A DNA stretch of 33,654 nucleotides from Chrysochromulina tobinii (Eukaryota): positions 1 through 33,654 of the forward strand of contig JWZX01002254.1 of the NCBI GenBank assembly GCA_001275005.1, written 5' to 3'. The notes under the pieces are model-generated. The model saw only the letters and a list, made by a program, of their open reading frames with translations, was not told the DNA's origin and did no database searches. Below are positions 18,756 through 29,174 of the stretch, piece after piece. The stretch's first letter is position 1. Every line of letters begins with the position of its first letter. The position numbers and the translations under genes are program-made.

Positions 18756-21744
18756 TCATGCTTCAAAATTCGGAGCGGGCTCGCTGATGCTCGGGAGACC
18801 CTTGAAAAGCACAGAACCGAGCACTGTTGCGCCAATTGTTCCGAAGCCGCCGGCAGACACGCCAGCACGCTCGCTGGGCTTGATCTTATTCTTCAAGGCT
18901 TCGAGCTCCGCGCTCAAGCTTCGCTCTCGTAGCTTCGCCTTGAACGAGGTGCCAGGTTTCATCAGCCCGGCCGATTGCGCGGCAGATGGTGCGGCAGGGG
19001 CTCCGCCCATCGAGAAGCTGTCCTCGCCGCTCGAACTGCACATATTTGCACCCGTATCGGCGTATGCTTGGTGCTTCTGCTCAGCCTTGATCTTCTCCTC
19101 TGCCTCGCGCTTGGCTCTCTCCTTGCTATCGCGCTCCTCCTTGCGCTTGTCTGTGCCCTTGCGCAGCCGCTCAGCGAACATCTCATTGGTCGCAAGCTCC
19201 CGTGGCCAGAAGACATCGCGTTGCGGCGATCGATCTTGCGGGGGTGAACCAGGCGAGCGCGCGGAGGTGCTCCCCCCACGCATTTGGCTCGGGCTGGAGC
19301 TTGTCGTCGAGCGGGCCGAGACCGTCGAGCGTGCTGTGCTGCTGCCATAATTGTAATTGGGCAGCTTGAGGTCACCGTGCTCGTTTATCATGAGGCGCGA
19401 GGAGGAGAGCCGCTTATTACTCGCAATGAGCCGACGCTCCGAGGCGAGCGCCGCTCGACTGGACATGATGATGCCTTCCGCGGGCGTCGCCGAGGCGTAA
19501 GGGTTGCCGAGGATCCCACCTTGGGGATGCTCCGAAGACGTAGACGAGGCTTGCGACTGTACGTGCACGTCGTCCGAGTCACTGCATTCGCCGTCGCTGT
19601 GCACTGGCAGGAGCATCTTGCCCGTCGGCGGCAAACTGGAGCGGGCTAGCTTGAGCTGCTTGACACGTTCGGGTCCGCAGCGGATGGGGACATTGATGCG
19701 TGGCAGCCAGTCGCCATGGCGTGACGTGGACTGGTAAGGCTGGAACTTGATGGACGTGGGCTCAACGCGCGGGTTCTGCTTCGGGAAGGCCTCGCACGAG
19801 GGCACCTCAATGACGAGCTGGAGGGAGTGGTCCAACTTGACCGCACCTAGCCGGTTCTTGTTCAGATCGAGCCCGATGACGGTCTTCTCGTTGAATTCAA
19901 GGTAGGACGTCGGGCCGGCGGACTCATGCCCGGGCAGTGCGGTGGCCTTGTGCATCTTCTCCTTGATCCGCTCGCTCAGCGGCTTGACCAGCGAGACCTG
20001 TCCGTCCTGGTCAGAGACCCGCACGAAGAAGTAGATGGTCGAGGGCAGTCGCTGGTAGGCGGGCAGCCGCTCGGGCGAGGGCGCCCGACCCGAGAAGCGC
20101 GCGTTCTGGAAGAAGATGTTGGGCTCACCCTCCTTTTGCTCCTCACCCTCGCCCTCCGAAAACGCGTCGTCGTCCTCCCCTGCAGAATAATCCCCAGGAT
20201 TGCCCACCGCGGTGTTGGGCCGCATGCCGAGGGGGCTGCTGCTCTGGCTGCTGCTACGCGCGCCGGGGGGTGTGCCGTCTCTTTTGCCCTCGGTCGCCGC
20301 CTTCGGCTCAACCACCTCTACGCGCTGATTTGCCTCGCGCACCTTGCGCCGATACGCCTCCATGGGGCTTTCGCCGGGTCGCGGAACAAAGATGGCCGAA
20401 GAGGCAGGTTCCGCGGCTGGGGTCGGCACGGCCAAGGCAGCTGGCGAGGGCTGCTGCTTGGGATTGTCCACAGACGGCATCGCATCAGGGGCGAACGTTT
20501 TCTTGATCGACGCGTCAGCCACGGTCTGTACAGTCGCGGGGGATGCAGCCAAAGGGGCTGCAGCCGCGGGGGGCGCTGCCGCGGGGATAGCAGCCGCTAG
20601 CGCCGCTGGCACAGCTGTGGTTTCTAGAGAAAGGACGGCTTCATATCGTTGAGCCGCAGAGATGACGGGGGGCCGAGTGGCCGCGGGGGACTCGGACCGC
20701 CACGGGGCAGCAGACGCAGGCGCAGGAGACCCGGCCGACTTCGGCAACTTGGCCTTGGCAGCATTACTGCTTGTTTTGGCCTCGGCAATTGCTTGCACGT
20801 AACCTGGCGGCAATGATTCATTTGCTGGTGCTGGCACGTGGGCAGCGATAGCAGGAGCCGCTGCAGCCGCGGCGGCCTTCGAGGCCTCCGCTGCCTTCCG
20901 CTTCTTAATGGCCTGCTCGAGCCAGCCTGACATGGGCTGATGGCCTTCTGGGATGATTCTATCATCTGCCAATTCAGGCCTTTCCATGAGGTACCTCTTC
21001 AAGTCTGCCTCTTCCTCCTTTAGCAACTTTTCGAGCGAAGACATATCCTCGAGTTTCTTCAAACCCTTCGAGATCATCTCTGGGCTCGCCGAGAGTGCAA
21101 ACTTGTCGAGCAGGCTCCTCAGCTCTCTGAGAGCTTCAACAACCCCTTTGCAGGCAATCATGGCCGCATCACATGCTGCCATGCACGCCTCGAGAGCCGC
21201 GTCGGACTCCACCTCTGCTTTCTGCCTGTGCTCCTCTTCGCGTGCTGCCAACTGCTCCTCTTTCTGCTTCGCATTCTCGAGCGCCTTTGCACTCGCCAAG
21301 GACGCATATTCGTCCATCCCGCGTCTCAGCGTGTTGAGAGCTGCTTCTATCCCCTCGTAAGTATCCTCTAACGTCTCACATGACGCCGTCACCGCCTCGA
21401 GTGCCGCGTTGGCCTCCTCCTGTTTCTTCAGCCTCTCGTTGTCTGCCTTCTGCTTCTCCTCTGCTTTCTTCTGCTTCTCCTCTTGCTGCCGCTCGAACGG
21501 CGACTTGGGCTTCTCCTTCTTCTTTTTCGAAGACGACGGCTGAGGCGGCCCGATGGCTTTCGGCGGTGGCGCGACCGCTGCGACCGCCTTGAAAACGGGC
21601 GCCGTCTTGGGAGCGGGCTTGTGCTTGGGCGGTGCGGCGGGCTCGCGCTCCGGCGCCGGCGCTGGAGCCGGTTCACTCGTGGGCGCGGTTGCAGGAGCAG
21701 GCTCAGGCGCGGGCGCAGGTGCTTGTGACTGCTCGAACTCCACA

Positions 21745-21800
<56 letters not shown>

Positions 21801-22862
21801 GAAGATAGCGTTGTACCAGCGCAGCATGGCACCAGTGGCGGCACCAGAGGCGGTGAGCGCGCCGTCTGTGACAGTGCTGGGGAGCTTCATCGCCGAGCGC
21901 CAAAGGAGCTCGTGAGGGAGTTCGCGCGAGAGCTCGTCGTAGAGCCAGCGCAAACGTGGCGGGCCCTCTCGCTGCAGGAGCCACCAGACAAGGCGACCGT
22001 GCAGGCAGAGGCACACGAGGGCGAGCAACATTATGACGGAACTGAAGCCTAAGAAGTAACTGTCTGCATGATTCGCGTACCACGTTTGCAGAATGGTGGG
22101 AGCGCGCGGTGGTGAAGGTGGCGGCCTTGGTGGCATCGGCGGCGGCCGCGGTGGTGACGGCGGGCTCGGCTGCGGCGGCGGCGGAGGTGGAGGCCTTGGT
22201 GGCATCGGCGGCTGCCGCGGTGGTGGCGGCGGGCTCGGCAGCGGCGGCTTTGGAGGTGGAAGCGGCGACGGCGGCGGCGGCGGCGGGTCTGGCGGTGGAT
22301 GTGGCAAAGGCGGCGGTGGTGGTGATGGAGGCGATGGAGGTGGCGGTGGGTCTGGCGGTGGATGCGGCGACGGCGGCGGCGGAGGGGAAGGTGGCGCTGG
22401 AGGTGAAGGCGGTGGCGATGATGGAGGTGGCGGAAGCGGTGGTGGTGGAGACGGAGATGGCCTCGGTGGTGGAGGTGACGGCTGCGGCGGCGGCGGCGGC
22501 GGAGGAGGAGGAGGTGACGGGGGTAGTGGCGGCGGTTCCGGGCTGGGCGGTGGCGGTGGAGCGAATGGCGGCGATGGAGGCGGCAGCGGCGTGCACGAGC
22601 AGCACTGGCTGGCGGGTATGATGGGTCCGTAGACGTAATGCTGAACAGCTTGAGTGAGCACGATGCCGATCAGCAAACCTCCGACGGCTCCGGACCCCGC
22701 TCCTGACCACCAGCTTGTGCTCTGCCGCTTCTGGCTGGCTTGCTCTTTCAGGTAGTCGGCCGGCTTGTCCAGGGTCAGCAGCGATTTCCCCTTGGACAGC
22801 CGCCGGTCACTGCGCTCCACGCTCGTCGGCAGTAGTGGTGAGGCGTCGGAGCGCGGCGCCAT
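18756..22862 (-). CDS. Large intronless proline-rich membrane protein (~1368 aa): two predicted TM helices flanking a poly-Pro/SPPP segment, then a coiled coil and a low-complexity tail
   Basis: Uninterrupted 4.1-kb ORF. Hydrophobic segments GAVGGLLIGIVLTQAV and YFLGFSSVIMLLALVCLCL flank ~160 aa of P/S repeats; an E/K-rich helical region follows. ATG 22862 is preferred over 23069. Confidence 0.8.
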
Positions 22863-23164
22863 CGCCCTTCTGGCTCGCGCTCCTGGGCCTGCTCGCGGGA
22901 GTGGACTGGTCGGGTGAGCCTCTCCTTCGCTGCGCTGAAAAAAAGAGTGTCGCACAAGCGGTTTCGCGTTTTTGGATGCGACGCGATGTGGCCTACCAAA
23001 ATTAGATGCCGAAGAATGTAAGGTGTCTCGCCGCCTCCTTTTCGCGCACACGCAGACTTGTAACTGCATTTGGCTCGTACTCGCACTCGATCGATCGATT
23101 CATTCCACCGCAGGAAACCTCCGTGGGAAAATCATGAGTACGAAGCGTGCGAGCGCAGCCCGCA

Positions 23165-24322
23165 ATGAGCCTTGGCACCATTAGCTCGGTTTCACCGTCC
23201 GAATCCAAGGGGCTGACATCTGCGACCCTGGAGGAAACGCAGTCTATTGCCGCGGATGCGGCACAGACGCCCAAGCCGATCTTCGACGATGTGGCGCTCC
23301 TGGCGCTCCGCCGCAACGATAAGTTGACCTTTATAAAGCTGCTCGACGAGCGGGCCGGTTTGCACAGCGCAGTCGACCCGCACCAAGGGGCAACGCCGGC
23401 GCATTGGGCGGCATACGAGGGCTATGTGAGCATACTCGAGGAACTCTTCGCGCGCGACGGGCGCATGGACGGGCGAGCGAACAACACGGGTATGACACCG
23501 CTCCACTGGGCCTGCAATCAGGGGCACCTGCAGGTGGCGATGTTCCTGGTCGAGGTCGCGGGGTGCTCGGCGGACTCGTGCGACGGGACGGGTGCGACGC
23601 CGCTCATGCTCGCGGCGCAGCACAATTGGCCGCGCCTCGTCTTTTGGCTCAACCAGCGCGCGCCTGACACCCTCCGGGCCGTCGACCGCGACGGCGACAC
23701 GGCTCTGCACTGGGCGAGCTACAAGGGGTCACTCGCATGTGTGACGCTGCTGTGCGAGTTTGGCCTGACGCCGCTCACGCAGGACAAGCACGGTGCGACC
23801 GCGCTGCACCTGGCCGTCGGCCGTAACCAGGAACCGACGGTGCGTTGGCTGCTTCAGCATGCCCAGTCTGATGCAATGCTGGCGGCCGTGGACAATAAAG
23901 GTCGCACCCCGTTGATGATCGCGGAGGAGAAGGGGCTCGAGATGATGCACTGGCTGTGCACGGAGGGGCGGCTCGACAAGCGCGCAGTCCCTGTGCAGTT
24001 GCTTCACCGCAACGCGTTCACCGCCTACGCGAACGCCAACCACTTCATCTCTCGCGTCTCCTGTGAAGGCATGAGCAAGGCCATCCAGCTGCGAGAGAAG
24101 ATGTACGGCGGGGCGACGCCCCGGTCGGTGGAGATGACGCCTCGGGCCCCGTCCTCCGATGCACGCGAACCGGGGGGGGCGACGCCGGAGGGGGGGGCGG
24201 CGCCGGAGGGGGGGGCGACGCCGGCGCCCACGCAGGCGGCTGCGCCAGTTCAGCCCGCGGCAGAGGAGGAGGCGGAGGCGACGGGAGCACCGGTCGCCCC
24301 GAAGCCGGCCGAGATCGAGTGA
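23165..24322 (+). CDS. Ankyrin repeat protein (about 6 repeats), intronless
   Basis: GATPAHWAA, GMTPLHWAC, GATPLMLAA, GDTALHWAS, GATALHLAV and GRTPLMIA at ~33-aa spacing. Confidence 0.92.
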   Translation: MSLGTISSVSPSESKGLTSATLEETQSIAADAAQTPKPIFDDVALLALRRNDKLTFIKLLDERAGLHSAVDPHQGATPAHWAAYEGYVSILEELFARDGRMDGRANNTGMTPLHWACNQGHLQVAMFLVEVAGCSADSCDGTGATPLMLAAQHNWPRLVFWLNQRAPDTLRAVDRDGDTALHWASYKGSLACVTLLCEFGLTPLTQDKHGATALHLAVGRNQEPTVRWLLQHAQSDAMLAAVDNKGRTPLMIAEEKGLEMMHWLCTEGRLDKRAVPVQLLHRNAFTAYANANHFISRVSCEGMSKAIQLREKMYGGATPRSVEMTPRAPSSDAREPGGATPEGGAAPEGGATPAPTQAAAPVQPAAEEEAEATGAPVAPKPAEIE

Positions 24323-25446
24323 GAGAGGGCACCGCGTGGGAGGTGGGACGGGTGCAAGCGGCTAGGAGCCATGCGGTGGACGACGAGAGGGGGACGCGGA
24401 GGGGCGAGCCCGGATCACAGTAACGTTCACACCGAATCCTCCGGGGGCGGGCCGCAAGATCTCGCTTGATCTCGCGGCGCACCGCGCGTGGGGTAGCATA
24501 AAATAGACATCGTGTTTGTGGAGGGGAGAGCCCGGGGGGTGCATGCGTGCATGCGGGTCGAGGGGGCCGGGGGGCAGCGGCCACAGCGCACAATGGTACG
24601 CGGCGCGCCCGGCCGGCGGTACGACCCGTGCGTCGCGCGCGGCGTCGGTCGGCGTTGCGGGTCTCGGCGGGTCGGTCGCTCCGACCTCCGTGCGTGCCGA
24701 CTCGGTCGGGGTACGGGTAGACGCGCCGTACCGCGGTGGCGTCGCGCGTCGGCTGACGCGCTGACCGCGCGTCAAGCATGGCGTCAAGACGTCAACCTCG
24801 AACCTGTTGCGCGCGGGGGCGCGGGCCCCGCATTGCGGCATGGTCGCCATGGGATGGGCGCCATGGGATGAGCGTCCAGAACAGACACCATATCGAGCCA
24901 CACACAGCAAACAGGCGCTATTCAACTGTTAACTCTCTGGACACCCCTCCCGCTGTCCTCCCCCGCCCATTTGCGCCTTTGCGCCTTTGGCGCGGAGGCA
25001 CGAGCGAACGGCACATCCTCAACGCCTGCTTCACGCAGGCACGGGTCATGGGCTCGGGCTCGGATCCACGCGCACGGCACACGCACATGATCGGATGGGG
25101 GCAATGGATGAGATGACACACAGCACAAGTCGATCAGGAGGGCACAAAGTTTCAGTACGTACTCGCCGCCCCGTGAAGAGGCCGAGAAGAGGCGCTCAAC
25201 ATGACGCATCGACCCTCCGCATCTGGCTGCCATGGTCGTATGTAGCCAGCGTCCCCCCCTCGACAGTCCCCCCTCGACAGTCAGAAACCCACACGCCCGT
25301 TGGGCCACCCACGCATCACTGGCTGTGAACACCCACGCATCACTGGCTGTGAACATCCACGCGTCGCCGACCACATCGCCCGCGTGCGTTGTGGTCTGCG
25401 AATTCAGCCCTGCATGCCAAACACCCCTCTCCGCCGCTGGCTCGGG

Positions 25447-25507
25447 AGAGAATAATGACCCCCCCCCGGGGGGGCAAAGAGAATAATGATCCCCCCCCGG
25501 GGCAAAG
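25447..25507. repeat. Two direct copies of AGAGAATAATGA-Cn-Gn-CAAAG containing self-complementary C/G runs
   Basis: agagaataatgacccccccccgggggggcaa is followed by agagaataatgatccccccccggggcaaag. Confidence 0.8.
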
Positions 25508-25622
25508 TCCACAGAAGGGACAGGATGATGATGACGGGAGTCACTGATGTCTCATCATGTCGACCCCTTGCCATACCTCAAGTCGACGGGGATCTGCGCC
25601 GTGCTGGGGCACCGTGGGGTGC

Positions 25623-26408
25623 TCACATCTCGTCCTCCTCGTCGCCCCACACGCAATAGAGCGCCGGCTTGGGCAGGCCACGCTCATGCGCCGAGACGAG
25701 GTCGATGCGGCGCAGCCACTCCAAGTGACGCTTCCTGCAGTGCTTCCTCACGGCGTCGGTCGACGCGTAGAGCTTTTTGCAGCCGGGGAACCGGCAGCGG
25801 AAGCGGCTCGTCCCGGGAGGCGGTGCGCCTGCGCGTTGGGACAGGCGCGCGCGCGCTCGGTCAGGCGAGGGAATCGCCAAAGGGACATGTATGCGAACTT
25901 GGGGGATCAGTGGCCGACTCCCAGTAGGAATGGCGCGGCTGGGTGAGGGCGGCCGCGCACCGTCCTTGGGATTTCGCTGCCGCTTGGGCGAGCTTTGTCC
26001 GGGCGTATCGTAGTCGAGCGGCCGGAAGGTCTTTGGCGACCCGTCGCTCGGCGAGGAGTACCCTACACCGCTCAGATGTGGCCATCGCTTCGCATCGTGG
26101 TCGCCCCAGCGTCCCATCCCCCCAAGGTCGGCGCCCGTCGGCGCCGCATCGTCCTCCTCGCGAGAGTCTTCGTCAGGCGATGAGACCTCCACGCACGCGG
26201 TGTGCAGACCCAGCAGCGCGGCGACCGCATTCTGCTCGTACGCAGACTCCACGGCAGACTGAGGGCTGGAGTCCTCGTGCCTGACGTCCATCGCCGCGCC
26301 AGCAGCCGGTTCCGAGAACGAGCTAGCTGGCGACGGCAGGCCGGCGCCAACGAGCTCGAGATCCGGGGCTTTGGCTGCCGACAGATCGATGGTCGTCACC
26401 ATCGACAT
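25623..26408 (-). CDS. Single C2H2 zinc-finger protein
   Basis: C-terminal FRCRFPGCKKLYASTDAVRKHCRKRH (C-x4-C-x12-H-x4-H) with a disordered N-terminus. The ORF-track start at 26438 is GTG, so ATG 26408 or 26402 is preferred. Confidence 0.82.
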   Translation of the reverse strand: MSMVTTIDLSAAKAPDLELVGAGLPSPASSFSEPAAGAAMDVRHEDSSPQSAVESAYEQNAVAALLGLHTACVEVSSPDEDSREEDDAAPTGADLGGMGRWGDHDAKRWPHLSGVGYSSPSDGSPKTFRPLDYDTPGQSSPKRQRNPKDGARPPSPSRAIPTGSRPLIPQVRIHVPLAIPSPDRARARLSQRAGAPPPGTSRFRCRFPGCKKLYASTDAVRKHCRKRHLEWLRRIDLVSAHERGLPKPALYCVWGDEEDEM

Positions 26409-26805
26409 GAACTGGAAGGACTGATCTTGCCGCCTCACGTGGATCCGGCCGATAAGTTTTATCAGAGGGGCGTTTCTTTCGCGCGTTCGATACGGGAATC
26501 GGAAGCGCCGTCGGCAAAAAACTTTTGGGTCGTGCCGCGGAACACGACAGTCGAGAGTCTGTCGAAGCCAACCGCCGCATCGACGCTCCGCATCGCGCTA
26601 GGCGCGGCGCCGCAGCAGCACGGCTGCCGCTACATGCATTGGCCACATGAGACATGTACCAGCCTCCAGCGTGCCTCCCGGTCTGCGAAACTGCGAGACA
26701 TCACCCTTGCGCTTTGAACCCCAGCGGGTGTGTACTTACTTGTACGGAGTCGGTCGAGAGTCTGTATTCACACCGAATTTTGTTGAGTTGCCGAACATCT
26801 CCTTG

Positions 26806-27264
26806 ATGCGGCGTACCCCCTCGGTCCTGATACCAATTTGCCGCCACCGCGGTTTACATGCACGAGTCAGCGGTAGCAGCTCCTGCATCTTTGAGCACCT
26901 TGGGTTGCCGGCCGACACGCCGCGCAGCGAGGTGCGACGGCGATACCTGGAGGCGGCGCTGCGCACGCACCCAGACCACTGCTTGGATGCGGACGCAGCC
27001 ACACGCATGGCGGTGCTGCAGACCGCGTGGGAGAGCTATCGCCGTTCTGACGCTCGTCGAAGGCGCACCACAAGCCAAACGGGCGGCGCGCCGGCTGAGG
27101 GCTTCGCCACCTTTGGCGTTGGCTGCTCATTTGCAGACTCAGAGCAGGAGAGTGCGGAGCGTGCGGAAATCATAACAATGGCTTCGCGAGGCATGATGAA
27201 TCCACGACCACTGAGTGAATCCAAATGTGTGACCGCAGATACGGCTGCCGCGAGGCACGTTTGA
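26806..27264 (+). CDS. Small J-domain (DnaJ/Hsp40 type III) protein with a possible mitochondrial presequence
   Basis: FEHLGLPADTPRSEVRRRYLEAALRTHPD...AATRMAVLQTAWE contains the HPD motif. The N-terminus is Arg-rich and acid-free. Confidence 0.8.
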   Translation: MRRTPSVLIPICRHRGLHARVSGSSSCIFEHLGLPADTPRSEVRRRYLEAALRTHPDHCLDADAATRMAVLQTAWESYRRSDARRRRTTSQTGGAPAEGFATFGVGCSFADSEQESAERAEIITMASRGMMNPRPLSESKCVTADTAAARHV

Positions 27265-27626
27265 GAAAGCGCACGGGCGACGGGAAGTCCGCGGCAGCGG
27301 CTCGGTCGCGCCGCGCGCGCGCAGCTGCGTTTCGCGTTCTCGTGTTCGAGGTTCTGGCTCCGGTCTCATCACCCGCATAGGGTGGGTGAGAGGGTGGGTG
27401 GGTTTGCCGCCGAAGGCCACGAAATGGTATGGTAATTTTTCTTGAAGCCTTTAACCACAATCGAAATCTCGGGCATCGGCTGCAAGCCGGCCCGGCCGGT
27501 ACCGCGGTCCAGCGGCTAGCGACGCCGACGGCAAACCAACTCTGCGAGCCGCCGCGGGGACCACGCCGCGCCTCTGAGAGAGTCTTCTCGCCTGAACCTG
27601 TGACTGTGAGTCTCCGCGATAGTCGC

Positions 27627-27789
27627 GCGAGCACGCGGATCGGCGATGTGCAGTACCTGTGGGGAAATGGCGCCGTGGTGAGCACATGCATGCTGAGCGA
27701 GCACGCGGATCGGCGATGTGCAGTACCTGTGGGGAGAGGGCGCCGTGGTGAGCACATGCATGCTGAGCGAGCACGCGGATCGGCGATGT
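27627..27789 (-). repeat. 70-bp tandem repeat (2.3 copies) containing the family A intron core and an acceptor-like end
   Basis: Units start at 27627, 27697 and 27767. The minus strand reads gcatgcatgtgctcaccacggcgcc...tccccacag|gtactgcacatcgccgatccgcgtgctcgc. Confidence 0.85.
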
Positions 27790-28246
27790 CATCTTGACAG
27801 CGACGCCACCGGCTCCTCCGCGAGGATTTTGCCGCTTGATTTGTATTGGCATTAGAGGCATCCATGGTGACGGATCATGATGACGAAGCTCATTCGTGGC
27901 ATTAGTAGCATCCATGGTGCCGGCGGCAGCGGCGGCGGGGGTGACGGTGGAGGCGGTGACCAGGGCGGTGGCAGTGACGGCTCAGGACCGAGCGGAGCCA
28001 GTGGTGCAGCGTGGAGGCGGTGGTGGAGGCGGTGGTGCAGCGTGGAGGCGGTGCGGGTGGAATCCGGACGGGTCGAGGCAACATGGGCGTAGGCGGTGGT
28101 GGCGAGTGCGACGAAGCGCCTCGAGATCTCACGTCGATGTTAGTGTATGTGTATTCTGTGTATGTGGCCGGGGGCGCGCGGCCTCGCTCGCGTGCGTGCG
28201 CCAATGTGCGTTTGCACTCCAGTACCAGGCGCCAATGCCAACTAGA

Positions 28247-28918
28247 TCAACTCGGACTGAGGCCACAGTAGTGGTGCTGGCCATCGATGCTGATGAGGAC
28301 GCCATTCAGACGAAGTGCGGCGCCCAGCTCTTCCTGTGGTAGAGCCCGGTCCTTGGCGAGTCGGTCTATGAGGGCGGAGTAGGCAGGGCCTTGGGACTCC
28401 AAGCCCTCGTCGCCCTGCAGCTCCTCGTGCAGCTCAGCCAGAACCACTTGTCCTATAGCGCCACGCCACCAGCAGCGCTTGTGGCAGCCGCCAAACTCAA
28501 AGCAGGAGTTCCCGCCAGTCTCTAGGCGTTTGCACTCCCAGTACTCTGTGATCCAACGATGCAGCAACTCGGCTGCTGCATCACGAGAAGCAAACGGTCC
28601 GGCGTCCAATGGGTGCGCACGGGCACCGCACGCTGCTGCAAGACGAATGATGACATCCTCGGGCGCCCTGATGAGCGTGGCAGTCGGTGTGCTCGCTACT
28701 ATTTCAACCTCCCGTGCTGCTTTGAGAGATGAGAGAAACGCTTCTGGAAGCGCTGCCGTCTCAAAAGCAGCGTCAGCCCTCTTGGCAGAGCCTGCGGCAG
28801 ATGTCGGCGCATACTGTGATCCATACGGGAGGAACTTCGACCTATAGCCGTGAGCGAGCATAAGAAACTGGCAGAAGAGTGTGCCGCTGAGCCTCGAACG
28901 GCGTAATATCGACGCCAT
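28247..28918 (-). CDS. Hypothetical protein, 223 aa
   Basis: ATG-initiated ORF with protein-like composition, divergent from the next gene. No recognisable domain. Confidence 0.45.
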   Translation of the reverse strand: MASILRRSRLSGTLFCQFLMLAHGYRSKFLPYGSQYAPTSAAGSAKRADAAFETAALPEAFLSSLKAAREVEIVASTPTATLIRAPEDVIIRLAAACGARAHPLDAGPFASRDAAAELLHRWITEYWECKRLETGGNSCFEFGGCHKRCWWRGAIGQVVLAELHEELQGDEGLESQGPAYSALIDRLAKDRALPQEELGAALRLNGVLISIDGQHHYCGLSPS

Positions 28919-29174
28919 TCAGCTCTAGGCGAAACCCAGGGCGGACGGAAGATAGCGGAAAACACACCACGAGATGCGTTTTTTGCCTCCGGGATACGGT
29001 GTGGAAACAGACCTCCTCCCAGTGCATAAATGAAAGATTCGGGCTCATTCGTCAATTCGAAAAACAAGTCATGAAACTTATTGGCTCGATTTGGACTCAC
29101 CTGTGTGGAAGCGTCCAGACTATCGCGGTGTCGCCCCGTGCTACAGGCTGGGCGCTTGGCCACGGACTGGCGAG

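Noticed and set aside
23165..24322. Akr1/ZDHHC17-type palmitoyltransferase
   Set aside because: The ankyrins look similar, but there is no DHHC motif or TM helix before the stop codon.
24362..25512. Several 100-200 aa ORFs between the ankyrin and C2H2 genes
   Set aside because: They are Arg/Gly/Pro-rich GC-driven ORFs with short tandem repeats and no domains; likely convergent 3' UTRs or intergenic DNA.
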